From an uncultured Bacillota bacterium (GTDB lineage: Bacteria > Bacillota_I > Bacilli_A > RFN20 > CAG-449): a DNA stretch of 44,486 nt. Of this stretch, positions 18,675 to 28,916 are shown piece by piece. The stretch spans positions 1-44,486 of the forward strand of contig CAJKZK010000002.1 in the NCBI GenBank assembly GCA_905204225.1. The letters are read 5' to 3'. Numbering within the stretch: the first letter of the stretch is position 1; the number at the start of each line of letters is the position of its first letter. The notes under the pieces were generated by a model. The model did no database searches and was not told the DNA's origin. It saw only the letters and a program-made list of their open reading frames with translations. The position numbers and the translations under genes are program-made.

Positions 18675-18689
18675 TGTTTATTAAAAATC
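18645..18689. repeat. Direct repeat copy B, upstream of the HipA-like gene
   Basis: AAAGTTAACAACATTTACAAGTATGTTGTTTGTTTATTAAAAATC. Confidence 0.9.
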
Positions 18690-18704
18690 TTATATTTTTA
18701 TTTA

Positions 18705-18731
18705 GAAAAAAACTTCATTTAATAATGAAGT
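18705..18731 (-). terminator. Rho-independent terminator of the glycan locus
   Basis: Minus-strand RNA: ACTTCATT-ATTA-AATGAAGT, followed by T7. The stop codon of the FAD enzyme lies in the loop. Confidence 0.7.
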
Positions 18732-19825
18732 CTTATTTTCTTTTCTTTTAATATTTTATAAATCTCATTAATATTAAGATTATTATTATATATATAAGTT
18801 AAATATCCACTTACTTCTCCAGTTAATGCACACACTGGAATTACTCTAGTAGCTTCCCATGCTTCATCATCTAAACATGAAACAATTCTACCAGCTGCAA
18901 AAAGATTTTTTATTTTATTATTAGTCAAAATACCTATTGGTAATTCATACCATTCACCAATTTTATTAAACACTCCAATTACACCAATAGAATCTTTTTG
19001 ATGTTTACATAAATCTTTTTTTGATAATTGATAATCACCAACAATAGTAGATATTTTTCTTAATTGATTCATTGAAGGTATCATAGATATATCATTAAAT
19101 TTACCTTCTTCATATTCTTTTAAGCACAATTTTTGACCCAACAAAATATATTCATTAATATCTTTTTGGTTAGCATTAGTAAAATAATGTAATTCTTGAG
19201 GATGATTATATCCACTTAAAGAAGCTCCAGAATATTGAAATACTGGTTTTTTTAATCCATTTTTATAAGTTGAAGTAACATAAGTTAAATAATTCAATCC
19301 ATTTCTTGTTTCTAAATTAGCTTGTTTAAAGATATATGCACTTCCTGTCGCATCAATATATGTTTTTCCAACAAGTGTCATTTTCCCTTCAATAGTATAA
19401 ATATCTATTTTAGAAATAAGATTATTTATCACATGCACTTCACTTATTTGGCTTTCAAAATATATATCTACATTTTCATTAGATAATAAATTTGTTAAAG
19501 AAAGCGCAAATAAATTAGGATCAAACCATGTTGCATATCTAGTTTCATGTTTATCATTATTTTTATATAGCCAACTATCTTCCAGAGTATGATATCCATA
19601 TTTAATTGCATATCTTAATAATTCTTCAGCATTAGAATTAATTAATTGATGTCCTAAGCCATCACATAATGGTTCATACCAATGAATTAATCCACTAGTT
19701 GATAATCCACCTAATAATGCATTTCTTTCAATTAAACATACTTTTTGTCCCATTCTAGAAGAAGCTAAAGCTGCACTAATGCCTGCTATACCTCCACCAC
19801 AAACAATTACATCATATTCTTTCAT
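18719..19825 (-). CDS. FAD-dependent oxidoreductase
   Basis: N-terminal dinucleotide fold: YDVIVCGGGIAGISAALASSRMGQKVCLIE. 368 aa. Confidence 0.75.
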   Translation of the reverse strand: MKEYDVIVCGGGIAGISAALASSRMGQKVCLIERNALLGGLSTSGLIHWYEPLCDGLGHQLINSNAEELLRYAIKYGYHTLEDSWLYKNNDKHETRYATWFDPNLFALSLTNLLSNENVDIYFESQISEVHVINNLISKIDIYTIEGKMTLVGKTYIDATGSAYIFKQANLETRNGLNYLTYVTSTYKNGLKKPVFQYSGASLSGYNHPQELHYFTNANQKDINEYILLGQKLCLKEYEEGKFNDISMIPSMNQLRKISTIVGDYQLSKKDLCKHQKDSIGVIGVFNKIGEWYELPIGILTNNKIKNLFAAGRIVSCLDDEAWEATRVIPVCALTGEVSGYLTYIYNNNLNINEIYKILKEKKIRLHY

Positions 19826-19828
19826 AAA

Positions 19829-20434
19829 TCATTCTATTCGAATTAAATCACCAATTAATCCAATATGAGCATTTTTATTTTTTGCTTCATAAGAATCTTC
19901 TCTAGCTAATAACCATTTATTAGTAGCATAAAGCATTGAATCAAAAGAAGAATTAACATTTCCAACATTAGTGCCTTTTATAAGAGCTACAAGCATGATA
20001 AAACCTTGTTTAACATGGCATGGAGCAAAATGTAATGTAGTAGAATAAATTTCAACAGCAATTTTGCTAGGAACTAAAAAAGCTTCTAAATTTTTAGAAT
20101 CATATTTACCATCAACAATATCTTCGACTTTTCCTAATACTAAAATAAAATCTTCATTAGCAACATTAATTTCACTACATTTATGATATTCTAAACAATA
20201 AACACTTTTATTGTGTCCAGAACAATAACCAAATTGAATAGGCATATATCCAAACATATTTTTACTAGCAAAATCAAATTCTTCTGTACTTTCTAATTCT
20301 TCATCGCTAGCTTTATAAATTATTTTATCTAAACATGGTTTTGTTTTCAAAATTTCTAAAGTTTTATTGAATGGATAATTAATTATTTTTCCATATTTTT
20401 TAAACGATTCATCATATATTGATTTTATTTTCAT
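19829..20434 (-). CDS. Hypothetical protein, possibly a cupin-like DUF4867 family member
   Basis: 201 aa with no signal peptide. The family assignment is from memory of size and context only. Confidence 0.35.
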   Translation of the reverse strand: MKIKSIYDESFKKYGKIINYPFNKTLEILKTKPCLDKIIYKASDEELESTEEFDFASKNMFGYMPIQFGYCSGHNKSVYCLEYHKCSEINVANEDFILVLGKVEDIVDGKYDSKNLEAFLVPSKIAVEIYSTTLHFAPCHVKQGFIMLVALIKGTNVGNVNSSFDSMLYATNKWLLAREDSYEAKNKNAHIGLIGDLIRIE

Positions 20435-20772
20435 AAATAATTTTTAAACAACTCCTTCATATCTTTATTAATTAGTTTTACCCTACTTCTTGTTCTACCG
20501 CGGTGAAAAGGAGAATAAATAGAAATACCTATAGTTATTTTTCCATCTAATTCTTTTATTAAATGAATAGTAGTTTCATAATCATCTAAAATGCCAAATA
20601 TCTCATTGTAATCTTGTTCATTCTTAATATTATAATAAGAATTATTATGAAAATAATTTAATACAATTCTTGTACAATTATCAACATTTGTTTTCACCTT
20701 AACAGGGTGTAATGATTGATCTTTACTATCTTCATCACTAGTAGAAAAAGTTTCAAATATCGCTAATTTCAT
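20431..20772 (-). CDS. Hypothetical cytoplasmic protein (113 aa)
   Basis: ATG 20772 (MKLAIFETF) has AAGGAG 6 nt upstream. The track N-terminal extension overlaps the ATPase gene. There is a 4-nt overlap with the next gene. Confidence 0.5.
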   Translation of the reverse strand: MKLAIFETFSTSDEDSKDQSLHPVKVKTNVDNCTRIVLNYFHNNSYYNIKNEQDYNEIFGILDDYETTIHLIKELDGKITIGISIYSPFHRGRTRSRVKLINKDMKELFKNYL

Positions 20773-20785
20773 TATAAACTCCTTT

Positions 20786-22108
20786 TTAAATTCGGTTTGT
20801 AGTTGTAGGATCAAAGAAATGAACTTTATTCATATCAAATTGATAAATTAATTTATCACCTTGACTAATTTCATTAGCAGAACTTGTTTTAATAACAACT
20901 CTTTGTCCACCAATATAACCATAAACAATTGTTTCATGGCCTAATAATTCTGCTACATCACATTCAATATTAATTGTTGTACTTGGATTTTTATTATTGA
21001 TATCATTTTCAACATAAATATCTTCTGGTCTTACACCTAATATTATTTCATGAAGATTTTTAAGTTGTAAATCATGTTCATTAGTTAAATTATCTTTCTC
21101 TTCTTTATATTTCACATCAAGATTTTCAATATTCTTCTCTCTAGCTTCTAATTTCTTTTTATGTTCTTGAGGAATATTTTGATTAACTAATTTATTTCTT
21201 TCTTCTTCATATTCATTATTTAATGAGTTTAAATTTTCTTCAAAAGTTTGATTGATTTTTATTTCTTTATCTTTAATAAAATCATTTAGAATTTTTACTT
21301 TTTCTTTATCTAAAACTATTTTTGTTTCTTGATTATTTTCATCAGTAATAATAAAACTATTTTTAGACAATTTTCCTTTAAAGAAATTCATAGCAGGGCT
21401 ACCAATAAAGCCACCAACAAAAACATTAGCAGGCATATTATATACTTCTCTAGGAGTACCTATTTGTTGAACATAACCATCTTTCATAACCACAATTCTA
21501 CTTGCCATTGTCATAGCTTCAGTTTGATCATGTGTAACATAAATAGTTGTTGCGCCTACTTTTTTATGAATTTTAGCAATTTCTGTACGCATTTGAACAC
21601 GAAGTTTAGCATCCAAATTACTTAATGGTTCATCCATTAAGAAAACTTTAGGGTGTCTAACAATAGCCCTACCTAAAGCAACTCTTTGTCTTTGACCACC
21701 TGATAAAGCTTTTGGTTTACGATTTAAATATTGACTTAAGCCTAAAATATTAGCAGCTTCTTCCACTCGACGAGCAATTTCATCACGAGGAATTTTTTTC
21801 AATTTAAGACTGAAAGCCATATTTTCATAAACTGTCATATGTGGATATAAAGCATAATTTTGGAAAACCATTGCTATATCACGATCTTTTGGTTCTAAAT
21901 TATTAACTAATTTATCATCGATATAAAGATCTCCACTTGTGATTTCTTCTAAACCTGCAACCATTCTAAGAGTAGTAGATTTACCACATCCTGAAGGTCC
22001 TACAAAAACAATGAATTCTTTGTCTTGAACTTCTAAATTAAAGTCAAAAACAGCTTGTACATTGTTATCATAAATTTTATTAATATTAACAAATTTTAAT
22101 GTTGCCAT
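20786..22108 (-). CDS. Sugar ABC transporter ATP-binding protein (MsmX/MalK/UgpC type) with a roughly 75-aa coiled-coil insertion
   Basis: [28 protein letters not shown], and a C-terminal GVRPEDI regulatory domain. It is 440 aa, against the usual 360-375 aa or so. Confidence 0.9.
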   Translation of the reverse strand: MATLKFVNINKIYDNNVQAVFDFNLEVQDKEFIVFVGPSGCGKSTTLRMVAGLEEITSGDLYIDDKLVNNLEPKDRDIAMVFQNYALYPHMTVYENMAFSLKLKKIPRDEIARRVEEAANILGLSQYLNRKPKALSGGQRQRVALGRAIVRHPKVFLMDEPLSNLDAKLRVQMRTEIAKIHKKVGATTIYVTHDQTEAMTMASRIVVMKDGYVQQIGTPREVYNMPANVFVGGFIGSPAMNFFKGKLSKNSFIITDENNQETKIVLDKEKVKILNDFIKDKEIKINQTFEENLNSLNNEYEEERNKLVNQNIPQEHKKKLEAREKNIENLDVKYKEEKDNLTNEHDLQLKNLHEIILGVRPEDIYVENDINNKNPSTTINIECDVAELLGHETIVYGYIGGQRVVIKTSSANEISQGDKLIYQFDMNKVHFFDPTTTNRI

Positions 22109-22120
22109 AAATGATACTCC

Positions 22121-23026
22121 TTATAATTTCATTCCAGTTGTTGCAATACCTTCAACAAAATAATTTTGAAAGATTGCATAAATAATTAAAATAGGTGTGA
22201 TTGTTAAAATACTGCATGCCATTATAGATGGATAATTTTTACCTGCAAAATCTTTAAAGTTAGCTACTACAAGTTGAAGAGTAAACATATCAGGATCTTG
22301 TAAATAAATATATGGGCCTAAATATGTATTATAATGTGATATAAATGATAATAATCCTTGTGCTAATAAAGCAGGCACTATTAATGGTAAAATAATTTTA
22401 ATAAATATTTTAAACCAAGATAATCCATCCATTTTAGCTGATTCAATTAAGCTATCAGGAATTGCATACATAAATTGTCTTAAGAAAAATATTGTAGATG
22501 CACTTCCCCATAATCCAGGAATTATTAATGGTAAAAATGTATCAATCCAACCAAATGAATCATACATTAAATAATGAGGAACTAATAATATGGTACCAGG
22601 TATCATCATAGTAAATATTAAAATATTAAAGAATAATTTACTAAATTTAAATTTAATTTTAGCAAAAGCGAAAGCGGCTAAAGCTGAGAAAAATAAAGAT
22701 ACAAGGGTTGGTACAACAGAAACTAATAAAGTATTTAAAAGGCCAGTTATAATCAAAGGAACACCATTGCTATTAACATAATTAAATACTTCTTTATATC
22801 CTTGAATAGAAAATCCATCATTCGCACCAATAATAGTAAAAGTATCTGACATTGCATCTGACTTTGTTTTAAATGATGTAATAACAATAATCAAGAAAGG
22901 AAGAATTACCACTAATGAAGCAAATATTAATCCTGCATAAATAAGAGTTAAATATACTTTTTTTGTAACAGATTTTTTCTTTTTATTATTTTTTTTAGAA
23001 GTAGATAATGTATTAGTCAACATCAT
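22121..23026 (-). CDS. Carbohydrate ABC transporter permease
   Basis: 6 TM helices and an EAA-like loop: IESAKMDGLSWFKIFIKIILPL. Confidence 0.88.
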   Translation of the reverse strand: MMLTNTLSTSKKNNKKKKSVTKKVYLTLIYAGLIFASLVVILPFLIIVITSFKTKSDAMSDTFTIIGANDGFSIQGYKEVFNYVNSNGVPLIITGLLNTLLVSVVPTLVSLFFSALAAFAFAKIKFKFSKLFFNILIFTMMIPGTILLVPHYLMYDSFGWIDTFLPLIIPGLWGSASTIFFLRQFMYAIPDSLIESAKMDGLSWFKIFIKIILPLIVPALLAQGLLSFISHYNTYLGPYIYLQDPDMFTLQLVVANFKDFAGKNYPSIMACSILTITPILIIYAIFQNYFVEGIATTGMKL

Positions 23027-23918
23027 AATTCACCCACTTTCTTGAGAAGAAGAAATTAAGTCTTGTTAATAAGAAAATAAATAAAGCAAGAATCATACTA
23101 GCAGCACATGCTACACCCATTTGAGGAGACCCTCTAAAAGCTTTATTAAAAATATAGAAAACAATTGTCATACATCTTTCTCCACCAGGATTAATAACAG
23201 ATATTCTAGTAAATTCTTGGAATATACCAATTAATCCCATAACTAAAACATAAAATATAGTTGGTGTAATAGATGGAATTGTTACATGAAAAAATACTTG
23301 AATAGGATTTGCTCCATCAATTTTAGCAGCTTCTTTTAAAGAAGTATTAACATTAGTAATTGCCGCTGTAAATAATAAAATTCTATATCCACTGACAGAC
23401 CATAATCCCATAATCATAATCGCCCAAACAAAATATTGCTGATCTGCAAACCAAGCTATATCTAATCCAAAAATTTTATTAACTAAACCATAATTACCAT
23501 CCAACAGCCAATTCCACATAAATGTTGTTGCAGCTACTGAACACACATAAGGAATAAACAATATAACTTTAAATACTTTAGTAAATTTCACTTTTTTAGA
23601 TAATAATTCAGCAATAATAATCGACAAAATTATTGATATTGGTAATTCCAAAAATAATATAAAGTTATTTTTTAAAGCTTTATAGAAATATTCATCATTA
23701 AAAACTATTTTATAATTATGAAATAAATCACCAAATTCATAAAATTCTGCTCCATCAAAGTTCATTCCTGGCATATCCATAAAAGACATAATAACAGCCA
23801 TTATAAGTGGAATAAATGTAAAGATAACTAATCCAATAATAGGAATTGAAGTAAATAAGGTACCTGTTATTTCATCAGTTATTTTTTGTTTACTTTTCTT
23901 TTTTTTAATTAGTTCCAT
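23013..23918 (-). CDS. Carbohydrate ABC transporter permease
   Basis: 6 TM helices and an EAA-like loop: KEAAKIDGANPIQVFFHVTIP. Confidence 0.88.
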   Translation of the reverse strand: MELIKKKKSKQKITDEITGTLFTSIPIIGLVIFTFIPLIMAVIMSFMDMPGMNFDGAEFYEFGDLFHNYKIVFNDEYFYKALKNNFILFLELPISIILSIIIAELLSKKVKFTKVFKVILFIPYVCSVAATTFMWNWLLDGNYGLVNKIFGLDIAWFADQQYFVWAIMIMGLWSVSGYRILLFTAAITNVNTSLKEAAKIDGANPIQVFFHVTIPSITPTIFYVLVMGLIGIFQEFTRISVINPGGERCMTIVFYIFNKAFRGSPQMGVACAASMILALFIFLLTRLNFFFSRKWVNYDVD

Positions 23919-23929
23919 AATATAAATTC

Positions 23930-25825
23930 CTATTTTTCAGTATATTTTAGTAATCTATCAAAAGTTCCAGAATAATCATTAGTACTATAAAATCCAGCTA
24001 AAGTTGCTTTATAATTACGAACAGTTTGGTTCAAATAATTTGCCCAGCATCCTTCTGAATCAATCCAATCTCCATCTTTTAAATACCACCAGTCTCCAGG
24101 AGTTTGATATTCTGCTCCATCAATAAATATTTCAAGATTTTGAGGTGATTTTCCTTTTTCAACATCAGCTTTTACTAAATCATTAGCAATTGATTTTTGA
24201 TTTGGAATAATAGTTCCAGCCTCAGCAAGAATTTTTTGCCCTTCTTCAGTAGTAGCAAATTTAGTAAATAAATAAGCAGCGTTTTTAATAGAAGAATTAC
24301 TCCATACACACCATGCATTAGATCCACTATGAGCGCCTTTAACACCTTCAACAGTAACATTATTGTTTTCATCAAATTCTTTATATACAAGCATTGGGGC
24401 TACATCCCATGTTCCATCATCCATAGCATCACGAAAATCTTGAACACATGCTCGAACATCAACTAACATAGCAACATGTTTATTAGAGAAATAACCTGCT
24501 CTACCATCAGTAGTAAAAGTTGCAGGATTTGGTGAAATACCTTTATTCATAATTTTAACTTGAGAAGTACCATATTTTTCACTATCAGTAGGAGAATAAG
24601 TAGTTACTTCATTTTTCATAATTTGATTATTTTTTTCAATACCGCTTTCTTTTCCACCATTAAGTTTATAAGGAATTAATTCCCAAAATATATCAGTTAC
24701 ACCTTTTTCAGATGCATAATAATGATTAGCTTTTTCTCCACTAGTTAAGCCAGATAAAGACATATATTCACTGAAAGCACGTCTTTGAGAAGGTAAAACA
24801 AAACATTTATTTGCTAAATCATCAGTTAAGAAAAATTTATCTTCATAAGAAATCATTTCATTAGCGTTATAAGAATTATTATTAACTATTATATTTTCTT
24901 TTGTTTTATAATTTATTGTTGCATCAGCTAAAGTAAAAGTATAATATCCACCATTAAATTTAGCATCACTAGAATCTAAATATTCAATGCAATCTCCACC
25001 AACTGAATAACCATAATTAAACCACCATGAAGTCAAAAATCCATCTTGGCAACCAGCTTTTTTATTTAAAGGATTATTTTGTAATTTAGTTGCTAGTTCA
25101 CTACATTCTTGCCAACTCATTTCTATTTTATTATTAAAATAATAAGAACCATCACTATATAAGAAATATGCTTTTTTAGGATAAGATGTATTATTTTTAG
25201 CATTATATGTATCAATATCTTTTTCATAAATAGATATTTCTTTAATTTTAGCATTAGCTAAAAATGTTTTATTATAATAAATTGCTGTCGATCCAGTTCC
25301 TTTAGGAATTCCATAATAATGTGCGCCTTCACCAGTAGAAGTAGTAGTAATTGGATCATATTTATATCTTCCAACTCCGCCTTCAAACATATCATTAATT
25401 TGAGTTTGCATATTAAGTTCTTTATATTGACTATTAATATATGGATCTAAGTTTTCCATAAATCCTAAAGTAACAAATTGTTTATAATATTCATCAGATG
25501 CTAAAAAAACATCAGGTCCTTTACCTTTTTTACTAGCAAGAGTTGTTTTCATTTTTTGTTCCCAACCACTTGCAGCATAAGGAACAAATTTAGCACTTAT
25601 ATTATATGCTTTATATTTTTCATTAAAAGCATCAACTAGTGATTCCATTCTACTTCTCTCATCACCATCACAATATCCCCAAACTTTAATATTTGTACCT
25701 TCTTTTGAAACCATAAGATTTCCATTTTCATCAAATGAAATATCTTCTCCAGATGCAGTTGAATTACAGCCAACAAGTGCTGTTAACGCAACTAACATTG
25801 AAACTAATAAACCTTGTTTTTTCAT
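23930..25825 (-). CDS. Extracellular solute-binding lipoprotein (oversized, 631 aa)
   Basis: Signal plus lipobox ALVGC, with GGAGGAA upstream. It sits directly upstream of the two permeases. Confidence 0.8.
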   Translation of the reverse strand: MKKQGLLVSMLVALTALVGCNSTASGEDISFDENGNLMVSKEGTNIKVWGYCDGDERSRMESLVDAFNEKYKAYNISAKFVPYAASGWEQKMKTTLASKKGKGPDVFLASDEYYKQFVTLGFMENLDPYINSQYKELNMQTQINDMFEGGVGRYKYDPITTTSTGEGAHYYGIPKGTGSTAIYYNKTFLANAKIKEISIYEKDIDTYNAKNNTSYPKKAYFLYSDGSYYFNNKIEMSWQECSELATKLQNNPLNKKAGCQDGFLTSWWFNYGYSVGGDCIEYLDSSDAKFNGGYYTFTLADATINYKTKENIIVNNNSYNANEMISYEDKFFLTDDLANKCFVLPSQRRAFSEYMSLSGLTSGEKANHYYASEKGVTDIFWELIPYKLNGGKESGIEKNNQIMKNEVTTYSPTDSEKYGTSQVKIMNKGISPNPATFTTDGRAGYFSNKHVAMLVDVRACVQDFRDAMDDGTWDVAPMLVYKEFDENNNVTVEGVKGAHSGSNAWCVWSNSSIKNAAYLFTKFATTEEGQKILAEAGTIIPNQKSIANDLVKADVEKGKSPQNLEIFIDGAEYQTPGDWWYLKDGDWIDSEGCWANYLNQTVRNYKATLAGFYSTNDYSGTFDRLLKYTEK

Positions 25826-27255
25826 TGTTTTTCCTCCATTTCTTTTATAAGGCTATAAAATTTATCGTTTGCTTGTTCTTCTTTTAATAATTTATAATTA
25901 CTATATTTTCCTGTAGCTGCATATGAACAAACACCAATTATGCTATCTTCAGTAAAGCCATCAACAGTTTCAACTGAATGAAGTTCAATTTGTTCTTTCG
26001 GGGCATATTTTTTATTGTTATATTCTATTTCATTTGTATTAGCAAAATATAATTCGTCATTGACTAAGAAACAAAGTAAATCATTATTTCTATATAAAGC
26101 AAGTTTTACTCCATTTTTCACAAAATCATCATTTTCATTAACAAAATTTTCATTAGTGTAAGTTCCACCTTTTTCTACAGTCCAATTCCAACTTAAATTA
26201 TCACTAGATCTTTGAGTAACTCCACATCTATTTACTTCATTCTTTTTTACATATAAAGTAATTCTATTTTGAGAAAAATAAGTTGTTAATCCAATTTTTG
26301 GTGAACTAGACTTTAATCCATCAATACCACTAATAAATGTTTCAAAATAATAATTAGTTCCTGAATAATCTTTAATAAAAGCAAGTGACGAAGCTGATCT
26401 TGAATTTAAAACAATTTCTCCATTTCCATTAATATCATCTTTACTCATATCAAATCCATAACTAGGAAAATACATTCCGTTTTGACCAAAGAAATTCCCT
26501 TCAGGAGTAACATTTGTAATTTTGTTTTCTATTTTTTTGATTGGTACCCATGTATGAGGTGTAGCTTGAAAAGCTAATTCTTTAGTAGTTCTAATTCTAA
26601 ATGTTGCTGTTTCGCTATCACTAATACTAGGTACTCTATTATAAGCTGGATAAAACATTAATCCTTGTACATCTTTAATATCATTAAAACCTAGTTCATA
26701 CCAAGGAATAAATACTTCTACATTAAACCCTTCACAAGTTTTAGTATTAAATTCACCATATAATTTAGTAGCAAATTGTCCATCAAAATAAGATGTTGTA
26801 TATCTACTAGCATTTTTTACACCACATAATTTAGTAGAACTTCCACCTGCTGCAATACGATATTGTACTGTTTTATTATCAATATATGTTTTATTTATAT
26901 CATTGAAGAATAACTCAACAGATGAATTATAATAAACTTTTCTATGACTATTATAAGCAATAATATTATCTTTTACTTCTACAAAGCAATGCAATCCTTC
27001 TTCACCAAAATACATATAACTATCCATATATATTTTGCTATTAATATCATTATTGAAATATAATCTATGAATTTTTTCTCCATATTCATTTTCTTTTTTA
27101 CCATCAATAATTAAACCATCAGCATTAGTAAAATCTTTAAGATTATAAGAAATAGGATCATTATTTTTATAATTATAATCACCAAATGGATTTGAAGAAC
27201 AACCACATGTTAATAAACATACAAATAATATAAATAAATTCTTTTTATGATTCAT
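25822..27255 (-). CDS. Surface lipoprotein: CBM9/DOMON-like carbohydrate-binding domain plus a C-terminal lectin-like domain
   Basis: Lipobox LLTCGC. The pattern YMYFGEEGLHCFVEVKD...SSVELFFND...QYRIAAGG...GFNVEVFIPWYELG fits the CBM9-like fold. ATG 27255 has AGGTGA upstream; the track start at 27264 is GTG. Confidence 0.55.
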   Translation of the reverse strand: MNHKKNLFILFVCLLTCGCSSNPFGDYNYKNNDPISYNLKDFTNADGLIIDGKKENEYGEKIHRLYFNNDINSKIYMDSYMYFGEEGLHCFVEVKDNIIAYNSHRKVYYNSSVELFFNDINKTYIDNKTVQYRIAAGGSSTKLCGVKNASRYTTSYFDGQFATKLYGEFNTKTCEGFNVEVFIPWYELGFNDIKDVQGLMFYPAYNRVPSISDSETATFRIRTTKELAFQATPHTWVPIKKIENKITNVTPEGNFFGQNGMYFPSYGFDMSKDDINGNGEIVLNSRSASSLAFIKDYSGTNYYFETFISGIDGLKSSSPKIGLTTYFSQNRITLYVKKNEVNRCGVTQRSSDNLSWNWTVEKGGTYTNENFVNENDDFVKNGVKLALYRNNDLLCFLVNDELYFANTNEIEYNNKKYAPKEQIELHSVETVDGFTEDSIIGVCSYAATGKYSNYKLLKEEQANDKFYSLIKEMEEKQ

Positions 27256-27264
27256 TTGCTTCAC

Positions 27265-28914
27265 CTACTTTCCTAACACTGCTATTTCTGGAATACCAAT
27301 CTTATCACTATTTTTACTAGAAGAAATAGTAATTTGAACTTGTTTTATTAACATATCTTGATATTCAATAGCAACTGAAGATCCTACAAAAATACAATTA
27401 TAATCTTGATCAGAAAATATATCATAATTAAATATTAAATTACCTGTATCAACATACCCTTCTTGATTGTTATGTTTATAAAAAATACGAATATTATCAA
27501 CTTGAGTAAAGCTTGTATAAAAATCATAACTATTATAAACCATGATAGCTTTTGAAGTTATATACTCATCCCAATTAAGAGTTATAACACTTTTACCTTT
27601 ATTAAAAATGGTTTCTTCTACCAAAGATTCTTCATGCATTTTAATTGTTCCATCATTTAACCAATAAATATTACTATTTTTATCGACATTAGTAGCTTTG
27701 ATAGAAGCTTCTATAGCTTTATTTTTATAACCACTAATTAATGATGGTAATGGTTGAAGAGTAACAGTAGGTCCATTTGCATAAATAACAGGTACTCCAT
27801 CTTGATTAACAATAAATGATATTTTATCAAATCTAATTTTTCTTGCTTCAACAATATCACTATCATTTAAAAAAGTATGATAACTAATATATAATTCATC
27901 GCCTACTTTAATAAAAGAATGATGTCCTGATGAATTAGTGTAAATATTTAATCCATCAGTAGTAATAATTGTTCCACCTTTATCAACATCAATTTTAGTA
28001 AATGGTCCCATTGGTGATTTACCAACTGCTTGTCTAACTTGATATGTTGATTCTAAATAAGTGTTGACAGAAAAAGTTAAATAATATAATCCATCATGAT
28101 ATAGCATGAATGGTCCTTCATTAACTGTGCCTTCATCAATTTCATTTTTTCCACCAATAGAAGTAATACCTGTTTGAGAAATGCAAGTAACACTATTATA
28201 ATCAGCATCCCACCAATCATTCATTTTCATAATATATGTTGATGAACTTGTATATCCAGCTCCTTTATCATGAGTAAATAATAAATATTTTTGGTTATCA
28301 ACTGGATCAACAAATGGTTCAGCATCAATAGCAGAAAAATATCCATTTTCTATTCCACTTTCAGGTGAATGATATTCAAATAAAGGATGATTAGAAGGAA
28401 TATTTTTAAAATTAATTAATGGTTCATTTCCATTATGATATTCATTAAATGGTCCCATTGGTGATTTACTTGTAGCTAAAGAAATATAATGAGAAGAAGA
28501 ATATTTTTTCCATGTAGCACTATAATACATATAATATGTTTGATCTTTTTCATCATAATGAACTGCTGGTGCCCAGAAATTTAAATATCCCCAATGAGTA
28601 TCTAAATTAGGTCTAAATACCGCTCCTAAAAATTGCCAATTTGTCATATCTTTAGTTCTCCAAGCATTAATGGTAGAAGTAGCAGTTACATAAGCATAAT
28701 AATATCCACTATCAGAATCATTTTCTTTTTCTTCAACATAAATTAATGATGGATCTGCTCCTTGCATTGTTTTCACATTGCCATAAAATACATTTGTATT
28801 AAATTCTTGTCTATCATTATTATAAAATTTAAACCATGAAGTGTTATTATTACAAGAAGTCATAAATAATGAACATATAATTAAGCCAATTTTTGTTAAT
28901 AAATTATTTTTCAT
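27265..28914 (-). CDS. Glycoside hydrolase family 43 lipoprotein with a C-terminal beta-sandwich domain
   Basis: Lipobox FMTSC. Motifs: GADPSLIYV, FWAPAVHYDEKDQTYYMYYSA, IDAEPFVD, NEGPFMLYHDGLYYLTFS. Confidence 0.85.
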   Translation of the reverse strand: MKNNLLTKIGLIICSLFMTSCNNNTSWFKFYNNDRQEFNTNVFYGNVKTMQGADPSLIYVEEKENDSDSGYYYAYVTATSTINAWRTKDMTNWQFLGAVFRPNLDTHWGYLNFWAPAVHYDEKDQTYYMYYSATWKKYSSSHYISLATSKSPMGPFNEYHNGNEPLINFKNIPSNHPLFEYHSPESGIENGYFSAIDAEPFVDPVDNQKYLLFTHDKGAGYTSSSTYIMKMNDWWDADYNSVTCISQTGITSIGGKNEIDEGTVNEGPFMLYHDGLYYLTFSVNTYLESTYQVRQAVGKSPMGPFTKIDVDKGGTIITTDGLNIYTNSSGHHSFIKVGDELYISYHTFLNDSDIVEARKIRFDKISFIVNQDGVPVIYANGPTVTLQPLPSLISGYKNKAIEASIKATNVDKNSNIYWLNDGTIKMHEESLVEETIFNKGKSVITLNWDEYITSKAIMVYNSYDFYTSFTQVDNIRIFYKHNNQEGYVDTGNLIFNYDIFSDQDYNCIFVGSSVAIEYQDMLIKQVQITISSSKNSDKIGIPEIAVLGK

Positions 28915-28916
28915 TG

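Noticed and set aside
17303-18689. Integron attC sites or IS terminal repeats around the HipA-like gene
   Set aside because: The repeats are direct, not inverted. GTTAACA does not fit the GTTRRRY core. No integrase or transposase is present in the window.
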